From contig CAJOQK010000121.1 in NCBI GenBank assembly GCA_905236885.1, forward strand, positions 1 through 41,665: a DNA stretch of 41,665 nt. Reading direction: 5' to 3'. Numbering within the stretch: the stretch's first letter is position 1; every line of letters begins with the position of its first letter. The stretch comes from an uncultured Bacteroidales bacterium. Its GTDB lineage: Bacteria > Bacteroidota > Bacteroidia > Bacteroidales > WCHB1-69. Of the stretch, positions 8,136 to 17,575 are shown one piece after another. A model generated the notes under the pieces. It saw only the letters and a program-made list of their open reading frames with translations, was not told the DNA's origin and did no database searches. The translations under genes and the position numbers were made by a program.

Positions 8136-8219
8136 CTTTTCGTGCAAGCCGAGCGCCATCAAGTTTACTTGAATGGCCGAGGCGTAGCCGAAAAGCACGG
8201 ACCTGCGAAGCAGGTCCGT
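8136..8219. repeat. Structured intergenic element (nested hairpin plus GAA-loop hairpin), REP/MITE- or ncRNA-like
   Basis: CTTTTCG/CGAAAAG (8136-8142/8189-8195) encloses GCCAT-CAAGT/ACTTG-a-ATGGC, followed by ACGGACCTGC-GAA-GCAGGTCCGT (8197-8219). Confidence 0.55.
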
Positions 8220-8246
8220 ACCATGACAACATCCGCAAAGCCGACC

Positions 8247-9083
8247 TCACAACCCCCTCAGCCACGCTATCTCTTCCGCCCAGCGGGCAGGATCCGGTGT
8301 TTCGAGGATTATGGGGATGTTGTCAAACCGGTTGTCGTGCATGAAGCGGACAAAGAAATCCCTGCCGAGGAAACCGTTGCCCAAGGTTTCATGGCGGTCC
8401 ACATGTGAACCGGCATCTTTCTTACTGTCATTCAAATGAATGGCGCGAAGGTATTGGAACCCGATAATCCGCTCGAAATCCTCCCAGCAAAGCTGGTAGC
8501 CCCATTCCGTGGAAAGGTCGTAGCCAGCGGCATGGGTATGGCAGGTGTCAATACAGACCCCAACACGGCTTTTATCTTCAATGCCATCGATAATGCGGCG
8601 GATATGTTCAAAACGCCATCCGAGGTTGCTGCCCTGCCCTGCAGTGTTCTCAATTACGGCAGTCACTCCTCTGGTTTGGCGGAGCGCGGCATTCACCTCA
8701 CGGGCAATCTGGTCCAGACAGGCCTCCTCACTCATCCGGTTCAAATGCGAACCGGGATGAAAATTCAGCAGATGCAGCCCCAGCTGCTCCGCACGCTGCA
8801 TTTCGTCCAGAAAGGCGACACGACTTTTTTGTAAGGTCTCCTCATCCGGAGAGCCGAGATTGATGAGGTAGCTGTCATGAGGCAGCACCTGCCGTGCGTC
8901 AAATCCCTTTTCCACCAACATTTTTTTGAATGACACAACCTCTTCCTCAGCCAACGGCTTGCTGACCCAGCTGCGCTGGTTTCTGGTAAAGAGTGCAAAA
9001 GCGTTGGCCCCAATCGCCACCGCGTTCAAAATTGCGTTGCCCACGCCGCCCGATGCGCTCACATGCGCTCCAATGTATTTCAT
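8247..9083 (-). CDS. nfo: Endonuclease IV
   Basis: [47 protein letters not shown]. Confidence 0.96.
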   Translation of the reverse strand: MKYIGAHVSASGGVGNAILNAVAIGANAFALFTRNQRSWVSKPLAEEEVVSFKKMLVEKGFDARQVLPHDSYLINLGSPDEETLQKSRVAFLDEMQRAEQLGLHLLNFHPGSHLNRMSEEACLDQIAREVNAALRQTRGVTAVIENTAGQGSNLGWRFEHIRRIIDGIEDKSRVGVCIDTCHTHAAGYDLSTEWGYQLCWEDFERIIGFQYLRAIHLNDSKKDAGSHVDRHETLGNGFLGRDFFVRFMHDNRFDNIPIILETPDPARWAEEIAWLRGL

Positions 9084-9095
9084 TTTTTTAAATTT

Positions 9096-10955
9096 TCAAT
9101 ATTTGCAATATCTCTGATACAACGTTTGCAGATAGGCCCTCCCCTCCTGCTGCAGGAGCGGGAAAAGTGTGGAGTCGCCATAACCCGACACATGCCACTG
9201 CCTGCCCGATTTCACCTCAGTAAAAGCCCCTTGCGGACGCACCCATCCGTAACCGGAATAGGTTTCAAAATAGGCGAACGCAGGCGCATAAGGGTTCAGC
9301 AAGTCTTTGCTCCAACCGAAAGCGGAGGCCTCCAAACCAAGTTGCCGGAGCAATGTGGCAGCCAGATCCACATGTGATCCCACCTTGGGGTTCCGTGTGC
9401 CGCGCAACTCAGGCGCAACCACCTCGCCGTACAACAGTAGAGGCACCTGCAGATAGGCAGGCTCCACCGCCGATTTTTTCAAATGGGTGGGATGTCCGTG
9501 ATCGCCCACAATGACAAACAGGGTGTTGGCATACCACGGATCCTTCCGCACCGCCTCCATAAACTCTCCCAAACAGTGGTCAGTGTATTTGGCCGAATTC
9601 AAAAAAGGGCGCTCCTCATCCTCAATCTCCACCTCCGCCACAACGCGGGGCTGGTCATACGGGCTGTGGGAACTCACCGTGAACAGCACACCCATGAAGG
9701 GCTGCTGTTTTTGGTTAATGGCCTGATGGAAAAGCGGAAATGTGTACTGGTCATGGATTCCCAACTTGGCACGAGGCAGTTTTTTATCCATCTGCTTCTC
9801 CTCCGTTATCTCGTCAAACTTACAATGGAACAGATAGGAACGGATATTGCCATAGTCCAAATTGCCTCCAAAATAATAAAAAGTATGATAACCGGCCTTT
9901 TTCAATTCCAACGGCAGCGACGGCAGATGCCGGTATTTGGAAAAATCATCCGTGATGTCATATACCGGAAGCGCCGGATAGCTGCTGAAAATACTGGACA
10001 TAGCCTGCTGGGAGCGATGTCCGTTAGAATAATAGCGGGTAAAAAGAATGCCCTCCTTCTCCAAAGCATGGAAACAGGGCGTGACATCCGGCACACCGCT
10101 GATGCTCTCCACCAAATCGGCGGTCCAGCTCTCCAGAATGATAAAGACAATGTTGGGCTTTTCGCCGGTAAGTATAGGAACCAGCGTATCCTTTCCGCAC
10201 CGGTGCAGCTCCTCCACCATCGCCTCGGCTTTTTCATCCTCCATGAAATGGAACAGACTGTCGTCCACGCTGCCGAAATCGTAAAAACTGCAGAACAGGT
10301 TGTAATGTGGATTGACCGCCGCATCGTTCAGCACCGGATGGGAGGAATAATAGGCCGCGCTCTGCGAAATGGGGATTGCATCAAAACCGCCGCGCATGCC
10401 CACAAAGCATAAAGCCCCGCTCAAAAGCAGTGCCATCGGCATTTTCCAATATGCGTGCGGAAGCTGCGGCAGCGGCTGCCTTAAAATCCAACGGTGCAAA
10501 ATCCAATAAAAACCTCCGCTCAAAAGCGCAATGGCGACCAGCGAACCAAGCAGTTGTGGGAAAGTGGCCGTTTGCACAATCTCCATCGGATGTTTCAGAT
10601 AAAGCAGTATTTTGTAGTTCAGCTTACCTAACCATTCACCGTAAACGGCAATCTCCCCCAACAGTACAAAACAGCATACAATCAGTTCAAAAAGCAGACA
10701 TAAGCGGAGCAGCCGGTGCCAAAGCCGGGAAATCCCCACCATCTGCAGCCACAGCAGCAGAAGCGGCACCGCCAGCAGATAACTGAGCGTGGATAGATCC
10801 AATCGGAAAGCATGCATGAAGCAGGCGGCAATCTCCTTTCCCGGAATACCGGCGAGCATGGCATGGTAAACCGCCAAAAACAGCATCCGGCCCACGGCAA
10901 AAAAGCAGAGCCAAAAAAGCACCAGTTCCAACAGGGTCACCACATATCGTCTCAT
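9096..10955 (-). CDS. LTA synthase family / sulfatase-like phosphoglycerol transferase
   Basis: Five N-terminal TM segments, RGG motif, PNIVFIILES, SSHSPYD, YTD, NTLFVIVGDHG, SHVDL. Confidence 0.88.
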   Translation of the reverse strand: MRRYVVTLLELVLFWLCFFAVGRMLFLAVYHAMLAGIPGKEIAACFMHAFRLDLSTLSYLLAVPLLLLWLQMVGISRLWHRLLRLCLLFELIVCCFVLLGEIAVYGEWLGKLNYKILLYLKHPMEIVQTATFPQLLGSLVAIALLSGGFYWILHRWILRQPLPQLPHAYWKMPMALLLSGALCFVGMRGGFDAIPISQSAAYYSSHPVLNDAAVNPHYNLFCSFYDFGSVDDSLFHFMEDEKAEAMVEELHRCGKDTLVPILTGEKPNIVFIILESWTADLVESISGVPDVTPCFHALEKEGILFTRYYSNGHRSQQAMSSIFSSYPALPVYDITDDFSKYRHLPSLPLELKKAGYHTFYYFGGNLDYGNIRSYLFHCKFDEITEEKQMDKKLPRAKLGIHDQYTFPLFHQAINQKQQPFMGVLFTVSSHSPYDQPRVVAEVEIEDEERPFLNSAKYTDHCLGEFMEAVRKDPWYANTLFVIVGDHGHPTHLKKSAVEPAYLQVPLLLYGEVVAPELRGTRNPKVGSHVDLAATLLRQLGLEASAFGWSKDLLNPYAPAFAYFETYSGYGWVRPQGAFTEVKSGRQWHVSGYGDSTLFPLLQQEGRAYLQTLYQRYCKY

Positions 10956-11024
10956 ACCCACAATCCTTTACATCCGAACCGAATGATTTCTGCTGTTCCG
11001 TTCAAAACAGGCACTATGGCCGAA

Positions 11025-13142
11025 CTATTCCAAACCGCGTCTGCGCAACAGCGGATGGATGTCAGGATCCTGTCCCCGGAAATTCCGGTAGAGCGTCGCC
11101 AAATCCTCCGTGTTGCCCCGCTCCAGAATCTGATGGCGGAACTCGGAAGCCACCTCACGGTTGAAAATGCCCTTCTGCTCAAACAGTTCAAAGGCGTCAC
11201 AGGCCAGCACCGCCGACCATGTGTAACTGTAATAGCCCGCATCATACCCCGAAGAAGAGGAGAAAATATGCTGGAAGTACCAGCTGTGATAACGCGAAAT
11301 GATGGAGGGAATCAGCCCATATTTTTCCATGGAAGCCGCTTCAAAGGCCACCGGATCCAACTGTTTCACCTCGGCAAGCGTGTGATAATCCATATCCAAC
11401 AACGAGGCGGCGAGCAGCTCGGTATTCATGAAACCCTGTCCGTAATAGGAGACAGACTGTATTTTTTTGACCAATGTCTCCGGAATGGTGTCACCCGTTT
11501 GGTAATGCTGCGCATACAACCGCATCATTTCGGGATGGCGTGCCCAGTTTTCCATAATTTGGGAGGGCATCTCCACAAAGTCGCGGCTCACATTGGTTCC
11601 TGCCAAAGAGCGGTAGCGGCAGCGGCTCATCAGCGCATGCAGCCCATGTCCGAACTCATGGAAGAAGGTCTCAGCCTCATCAAAATTCAACAGGGAGGGT
11701 GTAGTGGCCGTGGGACGCGGGAAATTGAACACCAGAGAGACGATGGGAATCACATTTTCCCCGTCCTCGGTCTGGTGCTGGGTGCGGAACTCCGTCATCC
11801 AGGCACCACTGCGCTTGCTGTCGCGGGTAAAATAGTCCAGATACAGCACACCGCGCAAAGTATCATTTTCATACACCTCATAGCCTTCCGCCTCCGGATG
11901 ATAGAGCGGCAACTTGCTGTTTTTCACAAAAGTGAGGCCGTACAGCCGCTCCACCAAAGTGAAAATGCCCTGCCGCACATGCTCCATTTGGAAATAGGGC
12001 CGGCACTCCTCATCGCTCAAGTCATATTTCGCCTGGCGCACCTTCTCTTCGTAATAACGCCAGTCCCAAGGCTGCAAAGTGAATCCGCCCTTTTCCCTAT
12101 TGGCCATGGCCTGATAGGTGGCCTCCTCCTGTTTGGCCTTGGCCAAGGCTGGCTTCCACACCTGCAGCAGCAGATCGTACACCGCCTGCGGTGTTTTGGC
12201 CATGCAGTCATCCAACACATAATCGGCATGCGTGGCATAACCCAACAGTTGGGCGCGTTCCGCCCGTAGAGCCACAATTTCACGTATCAGTGCCAAGTTG
12301 TCATTAGGACCGCCCTGACACCGCGTAGCGTATGCCTCCCAAAGCTGGCGGCGTCTTTCACGGTTATCGGCGAACTGCAGGAAGGGGAGCAGGCTGGGAG
12401 TTTGGGTGGTGAAGACCCATTTTCCGCGGGTTCCCGGCTGCTCGTTGGCAGTTTCCGCCGCCGCCTCAACCACCGATGAGGGCAGTCCGGCCAGTTCCGC
12501 GCTGTCCTCAATGACCATCCGGTAGGCATTGGTGGCGTTCAGCACATTGTTCCCGAATTTTACCGTCAGCAGGGAAAGCCGCTCGTTGATGGCGCGGAAC
12601 CGCTCCTGCTTCTCCTCCGGAAGGTTAACTCCGCCACGCACAAAATGTTTGTAGGTCTCCTCCAGCAGCCGTTGCTGTTCGCGGCTCAGATTCAGCGCTT
12701 CCCGCTTGTCATACACCGCCTTTACACGGCTGAACAAAGCCTCGTTCATGTAGATGTCATCCGCATGTGCCGAAAGCACCGGACTGATTTTTTCAGCGAT
12801 TTCGTTCATTTCAGGGCTGTTGTTTGTCTCGCAGAGATTGAAGAAACAGGCACTTACCTCATCCAACAGCTCACCGCTGTACTCCAAAGCCTCAATAGTG
12901 TTCTTGAAATCCGGAACCATGGCATTGGAGGTTATCGCCAAAATCTCCTCCTTCTGCTGTTTCATACCCTCCTCGAAGGCCGGCATGAAATGTTTCACTT
13001 CCATTTGCTCGAAAGCGGGAATACCATACAACCGCTCCACATTGGCGAAAAAGGGATTACTCATGTCCATTTTTGTTTCCTTTTTTTTGTGACAAGAAGC
13101 TAACACTCCTAATGTCAAAATGATACAAATTACTTTCTTCAT
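11025..13142 (-). CDS. dcp: M3-family peptidyl-dipeptidase Dcp, lipoprotein
   Basis: FHEFGHGLH zinc motif, KRSGAWM, DFVEMPSQ, AGYYSY. Start at MKKVICII..LASC (lipobox). -7 box TATCTTTG at 13166-13173 (minus strand). Confidence 0.9.
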   Translation of the reverse strand: MKKVICIILTLGVLASCHKKKETKMDMSNPFFANVERLYGIPAFEQMEVKHFMPAFEEGMKQQKEEILAITSNAMVPDFKNTIEALEYSGELLDEVSACFFNLCETNNSPEMNEIAEKISPVLSAHADDIYMNEALFSRVKAVYDKREALNLSREQQRLLEETYKHFVRGGVNLPEEKQERFRAINERLSLLTVKFGNNVLNATNAYRMVIEDSAELAGLPSSVVEAAAETANEQPGTRGKWVFTTQTPSLLPFLQFADNRERRRQLWEAYATRCQGGPNDNLALIREIVALRAERAQLLGYATHADYVLDDCMAKTPQAVYDLLLQVWKPALAKAKQEEATYQAMANREKGGFTLQPWDWRYYEEKVRQAKYDLSDEECRPYFQMEHVRQGIFTLVERLYGLTFVKNSKLPLYHPEAEGYEVYENDTLRGVLYLDYFTRDSKRSGAWMTEFRTQHQTEDGENVIPIVSLVFNFPRPTATTPSLLNFDEAETFFHEFGHGLHALMSRCRYRSLAGTNVSRDFVEMPSQIMENWARHPEMMRLYAQHYQTGDTIPETLVKKIQSVSYYGQGFMNTELLAASLLDMDYHTLAEVKQLDPVAFEAASMEKYGLIPSIISRYHSWYFQHIFSSSSGYDAGYYSYTWSAVLACDAFELFEQKGIFNREVASEFRHQILERGNTEDLATLYRNFRGQDPDIHPLLRRRGLE

Positions 13143-13190
13143 AAATGATGTTTTAATTCCAAATGCAAAGATAATCAAAAAACCGACACA

Positions 13191-13221
13191 AAAAAAGGAA
13201 GCCTCACAGCGGCTTCCTTTT
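13191..13221 (-). terminator. Rho-independent terminator downstream of rpmB
   Basis: AAAAGGAAGCC/GGCTTCCTTTT inverted repeat with an A-run that gives a U-tract on the minus strand. Confidence 0.8.
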
Positions 13222-13268
13222 ACCAAAGACAATGCTCAAAAGCACTGCATCTTACATCATGAAATATC

Positions 13269-13505
13269 CTAATATAAAATACCCTTGTCGTAAGCGTTTT
13301 GCAAAGCTCCCAAAACACCATGTTTGTTGATGTATTTGATTCCCTTGGCGGAAACTTTCAAAATCACCCACTCATCTGTTTCAGGAATGTAGAATTTCTT
13401 TTCCTGCAAATTCGGATAGAATCTGCGTTTGGTCTTTATATTTGAATGTGAAACATTGTTTCCCACCATCGCCCTTTTTCCGGTAATCATGCAAATCTTT
13501 GACAT
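13269..13505 (-). CDS. rpmB: 50S ribosomal protein L28
   Basis: [30 protein letters not shown]; -7 box TACTTTTG at 13560-13567 (minus strand). Confidence 0.97.
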   Translation of the reverse strand: MSKICMITGKRAMVGNNVSHSNIKTKRRFYPNLQEKKFYIPETDEWVILKVSAKGIKYINKHGVLGALQNAYDKGILY

Positions 13506-13767
13506 TTCTCTCGAATTTTATGGTTTCAAACTTTCCTTTTCTACTCAATTTTTGGACTGCAAAAGTACTAACTTTTCAAATACCAACAGTGCAAAAGCGC
13601 AAATATTTTTACATCCTTGTGGAATAGTGTGTAAATTATTCTATATCAATATTTTAAAAATACGCCAAATTCACATTGTCCGGCTGTCAGCCACTGAACA
13701 GACCCATTTATTCACCGGAAACGGTAAAAAAGATGGCAGCATTTCTGCCGCCATCTGCCTTTTTACA

Positions 13768-13853
13768 TCCGGACATCCGCAGTTTCCCGACCGGACATCC
13801 TTCCTTTCACAGGGACACGCCCTTTTCACTTCGGACATGCGCCACCGACATCC
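13768..13853. repeat. Degenerate phased GGACAY repeats
   Basis: GGACAT 13771, GGACAT 13793, GGACAC 13813, GGACAT 13833, CGACAT 13846. Confidence 0.5.
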
Positions 13854-15218
13854 CTACATTTGGGCGAAATATTCGTAGAAGTAGGGAATGGTTTCGATGC
13901 CCTTGAAGAAATTGAACAGCGGATAGTTCTCGTTGGGCGCGTGAATGTCATCGCTGCCAAGACCGAAGCCCATCAGGATGCTCTTGATGCCCAATATCTT
14001 CTCAAATCCGGCCACAATGGGGATGCTGCCGCCGCTGCGGGTCGGGATGGGACGTTTGCCAAAGGTTTTCTCCATAGCCTTTTCCGCTGCCTTGTAGGCC
14101 TTCATCTCCAACGGGGAGACATAGGCGGCACCGCCGTGGCTGGGTGTCACCTTCACCGTCACGCAGTCCGGAGCGATGGATTCAAAATATTCCTGGAACA
14201 AACGGCTGATTTTCTGATAGTCCTGATTGGCTACCAAACGGGTGGAGATTTTGGCGTAAGCCTTGCCGGGCAAAACTGTCTTGCTGCCCTCTCCAGTGTG
14301 GCCGCCCCACATGCCGCACACATCCAGGCAGGGACGGATTCCGGTGCGTTCCTTGGTGGAATAGCCCTTCTCGCCATGCACCGCCTTGATGTCCAGCTCC
14401 TTCTTATAGGCCTCCTCGTCAAACGGGGCCTGTGCCATCAAGGCACGCTCCTCGTCACTGATGACCAACACGTCATCGTAAAATCCGGGAATGGTGATAT
14501 GGTTGTCCTCATCGTGCAGTCCGGCAATCATCTTGCACAAAATGTTGATGGGGTTGGCAACCGCACCGCCGAAAATTCCGCTGTGCAGGTCGTGGTTGGC
14601 GCCGGTCACCTCCACATCCCAATAGCAGAGGCCGCGCAAACCGCTGGTGATGGAGGGCACATCCTGCGCAATCATGCTGGTGTCACTCACTAGAATAACA
14701 TCAGCCTTCAGCAGTTCCTTGTGCTCTTCGCAAAAAGCGTAAAGGCTACCGGAACCAATCTCCTCCTCCCCTTCCAGCATGAATTTCACGTTGCAAGGCA
14801 ACTGGTTGGTTTTCACCATAAATTCAAAGGCTTTCGCCTGCATGAAGGACTGGCCCTTGTCGTCATCCGCACCGCGCGCCCAAATTTTCCCATCCTTCAC
14901 CACAGGCTCGAACGGCTGGGTTTTCCACAATTCCATCGGGGCGACCGGCATCACGTCATAATGGCCGTACACCAGCACGGTAGGTTTTGCGGCATCGATG
15001 ATCTTTTCACCGTACACCACCGGATTGCCGGCAGTCGGCATCACCTCCGCCTTGTCCGCGCCCGCCGCCAGCAAAAACGATTTCCACTTTTCCGCGCAGC
15101 GCACCATGTCCTCCTTGTGTTCCGCCTCCGCACTGATGGAGGGGATACGGATCAGTTCGAACAGCTCGTTCAAAAAACGCTCCTTGTTCGCCTCAATATA
15201 ACCTTTTACATTTTCCAT
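13854..15218 (-). CDS. M20-family dipeptidase
   Basis: YGHYDV, ARGADDDKGQ, EGEEEIGS, DLHSG, GGSIP, HAPNE. Confidence 0.93.
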   Translation of the reverse strand: MENVKGYIEANKERFLNELFELIRIPSISAEAEHKEDMVRCAEKWKSFLLAAGADKAEVMPTAGNPVVYGEKIIDAAKPTVLVYGHYDVMPVAPMELWKTQPFEPVVKDGKIWARGADDDKGQSFMQAKAFEFMVKTNQLPCNVKFMLEGEEEIGSGSLYAFCEEHKELLKADVILVSDTSMIAQDVPSITSGLRGLCYWDVEVTGANHDLHSGIFGGAVANPINILCKMIAGLHDEDNHITIPGFYDDVLVISDEERALMAQAPFDEEAYKKELDIKAVHGEKGYSTKERTGIRPCLDVCGMWGGHTGEGSKTVLPGKAYAKISTRLVANQDYQKISRLFQEYFESIAPDCVTVKVTPSHGGAAYVSPLEMKAYKAAEKAMEKTFGKRPIPTRSGGSIPIVAGFEKILGIKSILMGFGLGSDDIHAPNENYPLFNFFKGIETIPYFYEYFAQM

Positions 15219-15270
15219 ATTGCTAAATATTTTATTGTTAATTATTCATTTGCATTCAAAAATCTCCTCA

Positions 15271-16179
15271 CTACGGCATAAGGTTGGGGTCAGCACCACC
15301 TTTTCCAGAAAAAAAGTTGATGCTCTCCTCCTCCCCTTTTCCTAAAGGATAGGTGACCTTGACGTAGGCGGCATCCTTCAAAAAGTCCACCTGTCCGATT
15401 TCAACATCCAGCACCTTGACACCCAAGCGTTTCTCAAGGTCTGACACCAGTTCCGCACGTTTTTCAGGCAGGATGAGTTCAATCCGGTCATACAGCACCA
15501 GTTTGGAAGTGATACGCCCCTTGCGGTTCCCATTTTCCAGAATGGCGATAATGACTATAATCAGCGCATTGGATATGATCATGATGGCCAAAATGCCGTA
15601 ATCCAAGACAAAATGCGGCTGCAGGCCTGCGGCTCCGGTTTCGCGGTACAGTGGTGCAAGGCCGTTCATGGCGGCCACCGCAATAATGACGAACAGATAG
15701 GTCATTTCGCGGATGGGGACGGTTTCGGTGCGGTAGCGGATAATGCCGAAAATGGCAAACAACCCCAAAGTGAGGCCGATGCCGATGGAAACATTGCCCA
15801 TGATGTAGAGCAGCATCAGCATGGCGGTGGAAAAGGCCATGAAGGTGAAATAGTAGTCACGGCGGCGGCTTTTGCGATAGTACAAAAGTCCGACAATGAT
15901 AAGGGAGGCCGCCAGATTGGTGCCGAAACGCAGCCCAAGCTCCACAAGATGCTGTGTCATACTCATTTGCGCGACAGGCAGATATTGCACGGATTCAAGG
16001 TCGTTCTCCTCGGTCAGGGGATTTTCCTCGTCCAATTCTTCACTTGCCATTGCCGTGCCGGAGGCTTCCATGGCAGGATTAGTTTCCATGGCAGGATTTG
16101 CTTCCATGACAGGACTGGCGCTCATGGCAGGAGAGGCAATAATAAAAGCTAAAATGATGACAATCAAATGTTTGTACAT
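15271..16179 (-). CDS. DUF4956-family membrane protein with an N-terminal signal, repeat and acidic extension
   Basis: GLFAIFGIIRYRTE.VPIREMTYLF and YDRIELI.PE...EL..DL..RLG motifs; adjacent to the VTC gene. Confidence 0.85.
   Translation of the reverse strand: MYKHLIVIILAFIIASPAMSASPVMEANPAMETNPAMEASGTAMASEELDEENPLTEENDLESVQYLPVAQMSMTQHLVELGLRFGTNLAASLIIVGLLYYRKSRRRDYYFTFMAFSTAMLMLLYIMGNVSIGIGLTLGLFAIFGIIRYRTETVPIREMTYLFVIIAVAAMNGLAPLYRETGAAGLQPHFVLDYGILAIMIISNALIIVIIAILENGNRKGRITSKLVLYDRIELILPEKRAELVSDLEKRLGVKVLDVEIGQVDFLKDAAYVKVTYPLGKGEEESINFFSGKGGADPNLMP
16048..16137 (-). repeat. Intragenic 18-bp tandem repeat (PAMEAN-like hexapeptide, 4-5 copies)
   Basis: Units start at 16066, 16084, 16102 and 16120 (TTCCATGGCAGGATT core); protein ASPAMS-ASPVME-ANPAME-TNPAME-ASGTAM. 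Confidence 0.8.
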
Positions 16180-16967
16180 AATGCAGCGATTTTATTTATT
16201 TTTCTGATTTTCAATTTGAAGCGGTGGTTGGGCACTTGCGGGTCAGTCAATGCCGTGCCGATGCAGTATTTGCTCATGCGCAACGGTTTGACGCGCAAAT
16301 CCAACAGAATGCGCTTCATTCCGCTCGCAGCCCTCCCCTCCTGTTTCAGCTCTATGACCACGGCATTGCCCAAATCACTTTCAACAGAATTGGCGACATT
16401 GACAAAACGCAGGGAACTGTCAATGGTAACCCGTTCGGTTTTTGCAGCATTCACTAAGGTGATCCGGTTGAAAACGGTTTCCAGGCATGGATGCAGCTGC
16501 TCCGGACGATAGCCCGAATACTCCTCCACAAAGCGGTTCATCACAGGCTCTTCCCTATAGTCCCTAAAGGCGGCTGCGGGGATGGCCATCCTCTTTTTCT
16601 TAGTCCGGCTTTTGTTGTTTTTCTTTTTGATTTCCAAATAAGTGTCTCCGGAATGCAGATACTGCCGCGTGCGGATTTTCTGGCGCACCAGCCGCCTGTT
16701 GTGGTGGTCACGGTACATATCCATACAGCCGGTGTCAAAATAGATGGAGTCGTAGGGCTGGATTTTGCCGCAAACGCTCTCCAAAGCACGGTACCCCTGC
16801 CGGTTTGCCTCCGCAAGTATTTGTAAAAGAACGGTTTCGTTAGTGACATATTTGGTGTCGACACGGTCCATCAGCCTGACTTCCCGCATCTCCTCAAGGC
16901 TTATCGGCGGAAAATCCGGCAGGCATGAAGCCGTTTGAAAGTCAATATGCCCGGCATTATTTGTCAT
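16164..16967 (-). CDS. VTC / polyphosphate polymerase domain protein (CYTH-like)
   Basis: LMDRVDTKY, YDSIYFDT, RQKIRTRQY, LEIKKK, RITLV...ERVTID, IELK, SKYC. ATG 16967 overlaps the upstream gene (alternative start 16985). Confidence 0.88.
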   Translation of the reverse strand: MTNNAGHIDFQTASCLPDFPPISLEEMREVRLMDRVDTKYVTNETVLLQILAEANRQGYRALESVCGKIQPYDSIYFDTGCMDMYRDHHNRRLVRQKIRTRQYLHSGDTYLEIKKKNNKSRTKKKRMAIPAAAFRDYREEPVMNRFVEEYSGYRPEQLHPCLETVFNRITLVNAAKTERVTIDSSLRFVNVANSVESDLGNAVVIELKQEGRAASGMKRILLDLRVKPLRMSKYCIGTALTDPQVPNHRFKLKIRKINKIAALCTNI

Positions 16968-17367
16968 CCGCAACGAGATATTCAAAATTTTTGACGGATT
17001 TCAGCCTGCCTTTCGCATCATAGCTGTATTGCACCTTTTTCCGGCCATATTCATTGTATTCAAACGTCTTATAGCTGACAAGCCGGTTGTGTTCGTCATA
17101 TACAAGCACCTTTACACATTTCCCGTTTTTACCGTATTCGTAACGCTTTTTCCACTTCTGTCCGGAAACTCCGTATTCGGTCTCCTCTATTTTTTTTCTG
17201 TCCGAATTGTATACCGTCACATGGTCCAGATACCTCTTTCCGGTTTGGGAGGAGGTGATCCATTCCTTGACCACCAGATTCCGCTTGTTGATTTTTGGGG
17301 AATCCTGCGTATGGGCATGGGGAGCCGCAAACAACAAAAGTAGGGCCGCTAATAGCGCTTTCTTCAT
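16957..17367 (-). CDS. Small secreted basic protein with YD/RHS-like beta repeats
   Basis: Signal peptide MKKALLAALLLLFAAPHAHT-Q; repeats YEYGKNGK, VYDEHNRL, FEYNEYGR, YSYDAKGRL; -7 box TACTTTTG at 17395-17402 (minus strand). Confidence 0.75.
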   Translation of the reverse strand: MKKALLAALLLLFAAPHAHTQDSPKINKRNLVVKEWITSSQTGKRYLDHVTVYNSDRKKIEETEYGVSGQKWKKRYEYGKNGKCVKVLVYDEHNRLVSYKTFEYNEYGRKKVQYSYDAKGRLKSVKNFEYLVADDK

Positions 17368-17394
17368 ATTTGGAACAATTACAGATATAAAATA

Positions 17395-17485
17395 CAAAAG
17401 TAAATAAATTTGCAATACGTTTCGCGGGCGAAACGAAAAAAATCCCCTCTTTGCGTCAGCCGTATCCAAATTTCAACTATATTTG
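17395..17485. promoter_or_regulatory. Divergent promoter region with a central palindrome
   Basis: Minus-strand TACTTTTG at 17395-17402; plus-strand TAAATTTG at 17405-17412 and TATATTTG at 17478-17485; CGTTTCGC-gg-GCGAAACG at 17418-17435. Confidence 0.5.
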
Positions 17486-17575
17486 CATTTTGTTTCCCTC
17501 TCCGCAGTTCCCTTTCAAAACGAGAAGGGAGAAGCGGTACAAGCTAACATTTGGACATTTAAAAAACAGCAATTG

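Noticed and set aside
10812-12269. 485-aa plus-strand ORF
   Set aside because: Antisense shadow of dcp with no recognisable motifs; expected from biased codon usage
13205-13216. 12-nt identity CACAGCGGCTTC shared with the terminator at 30650-30661
   Set aside because: Short, and the two terminators act on opposite strands; may be chance
13768-13853. CRISPR array
   Set aside because: The conserved core is only 6-9 nt, the period is about 20 nt, and there are no cas genes
16957-17367. RHS toxin
   Set aside because: Only about 116 aa mature, with no RHS core, DPxG motif or toxin/immunity pair
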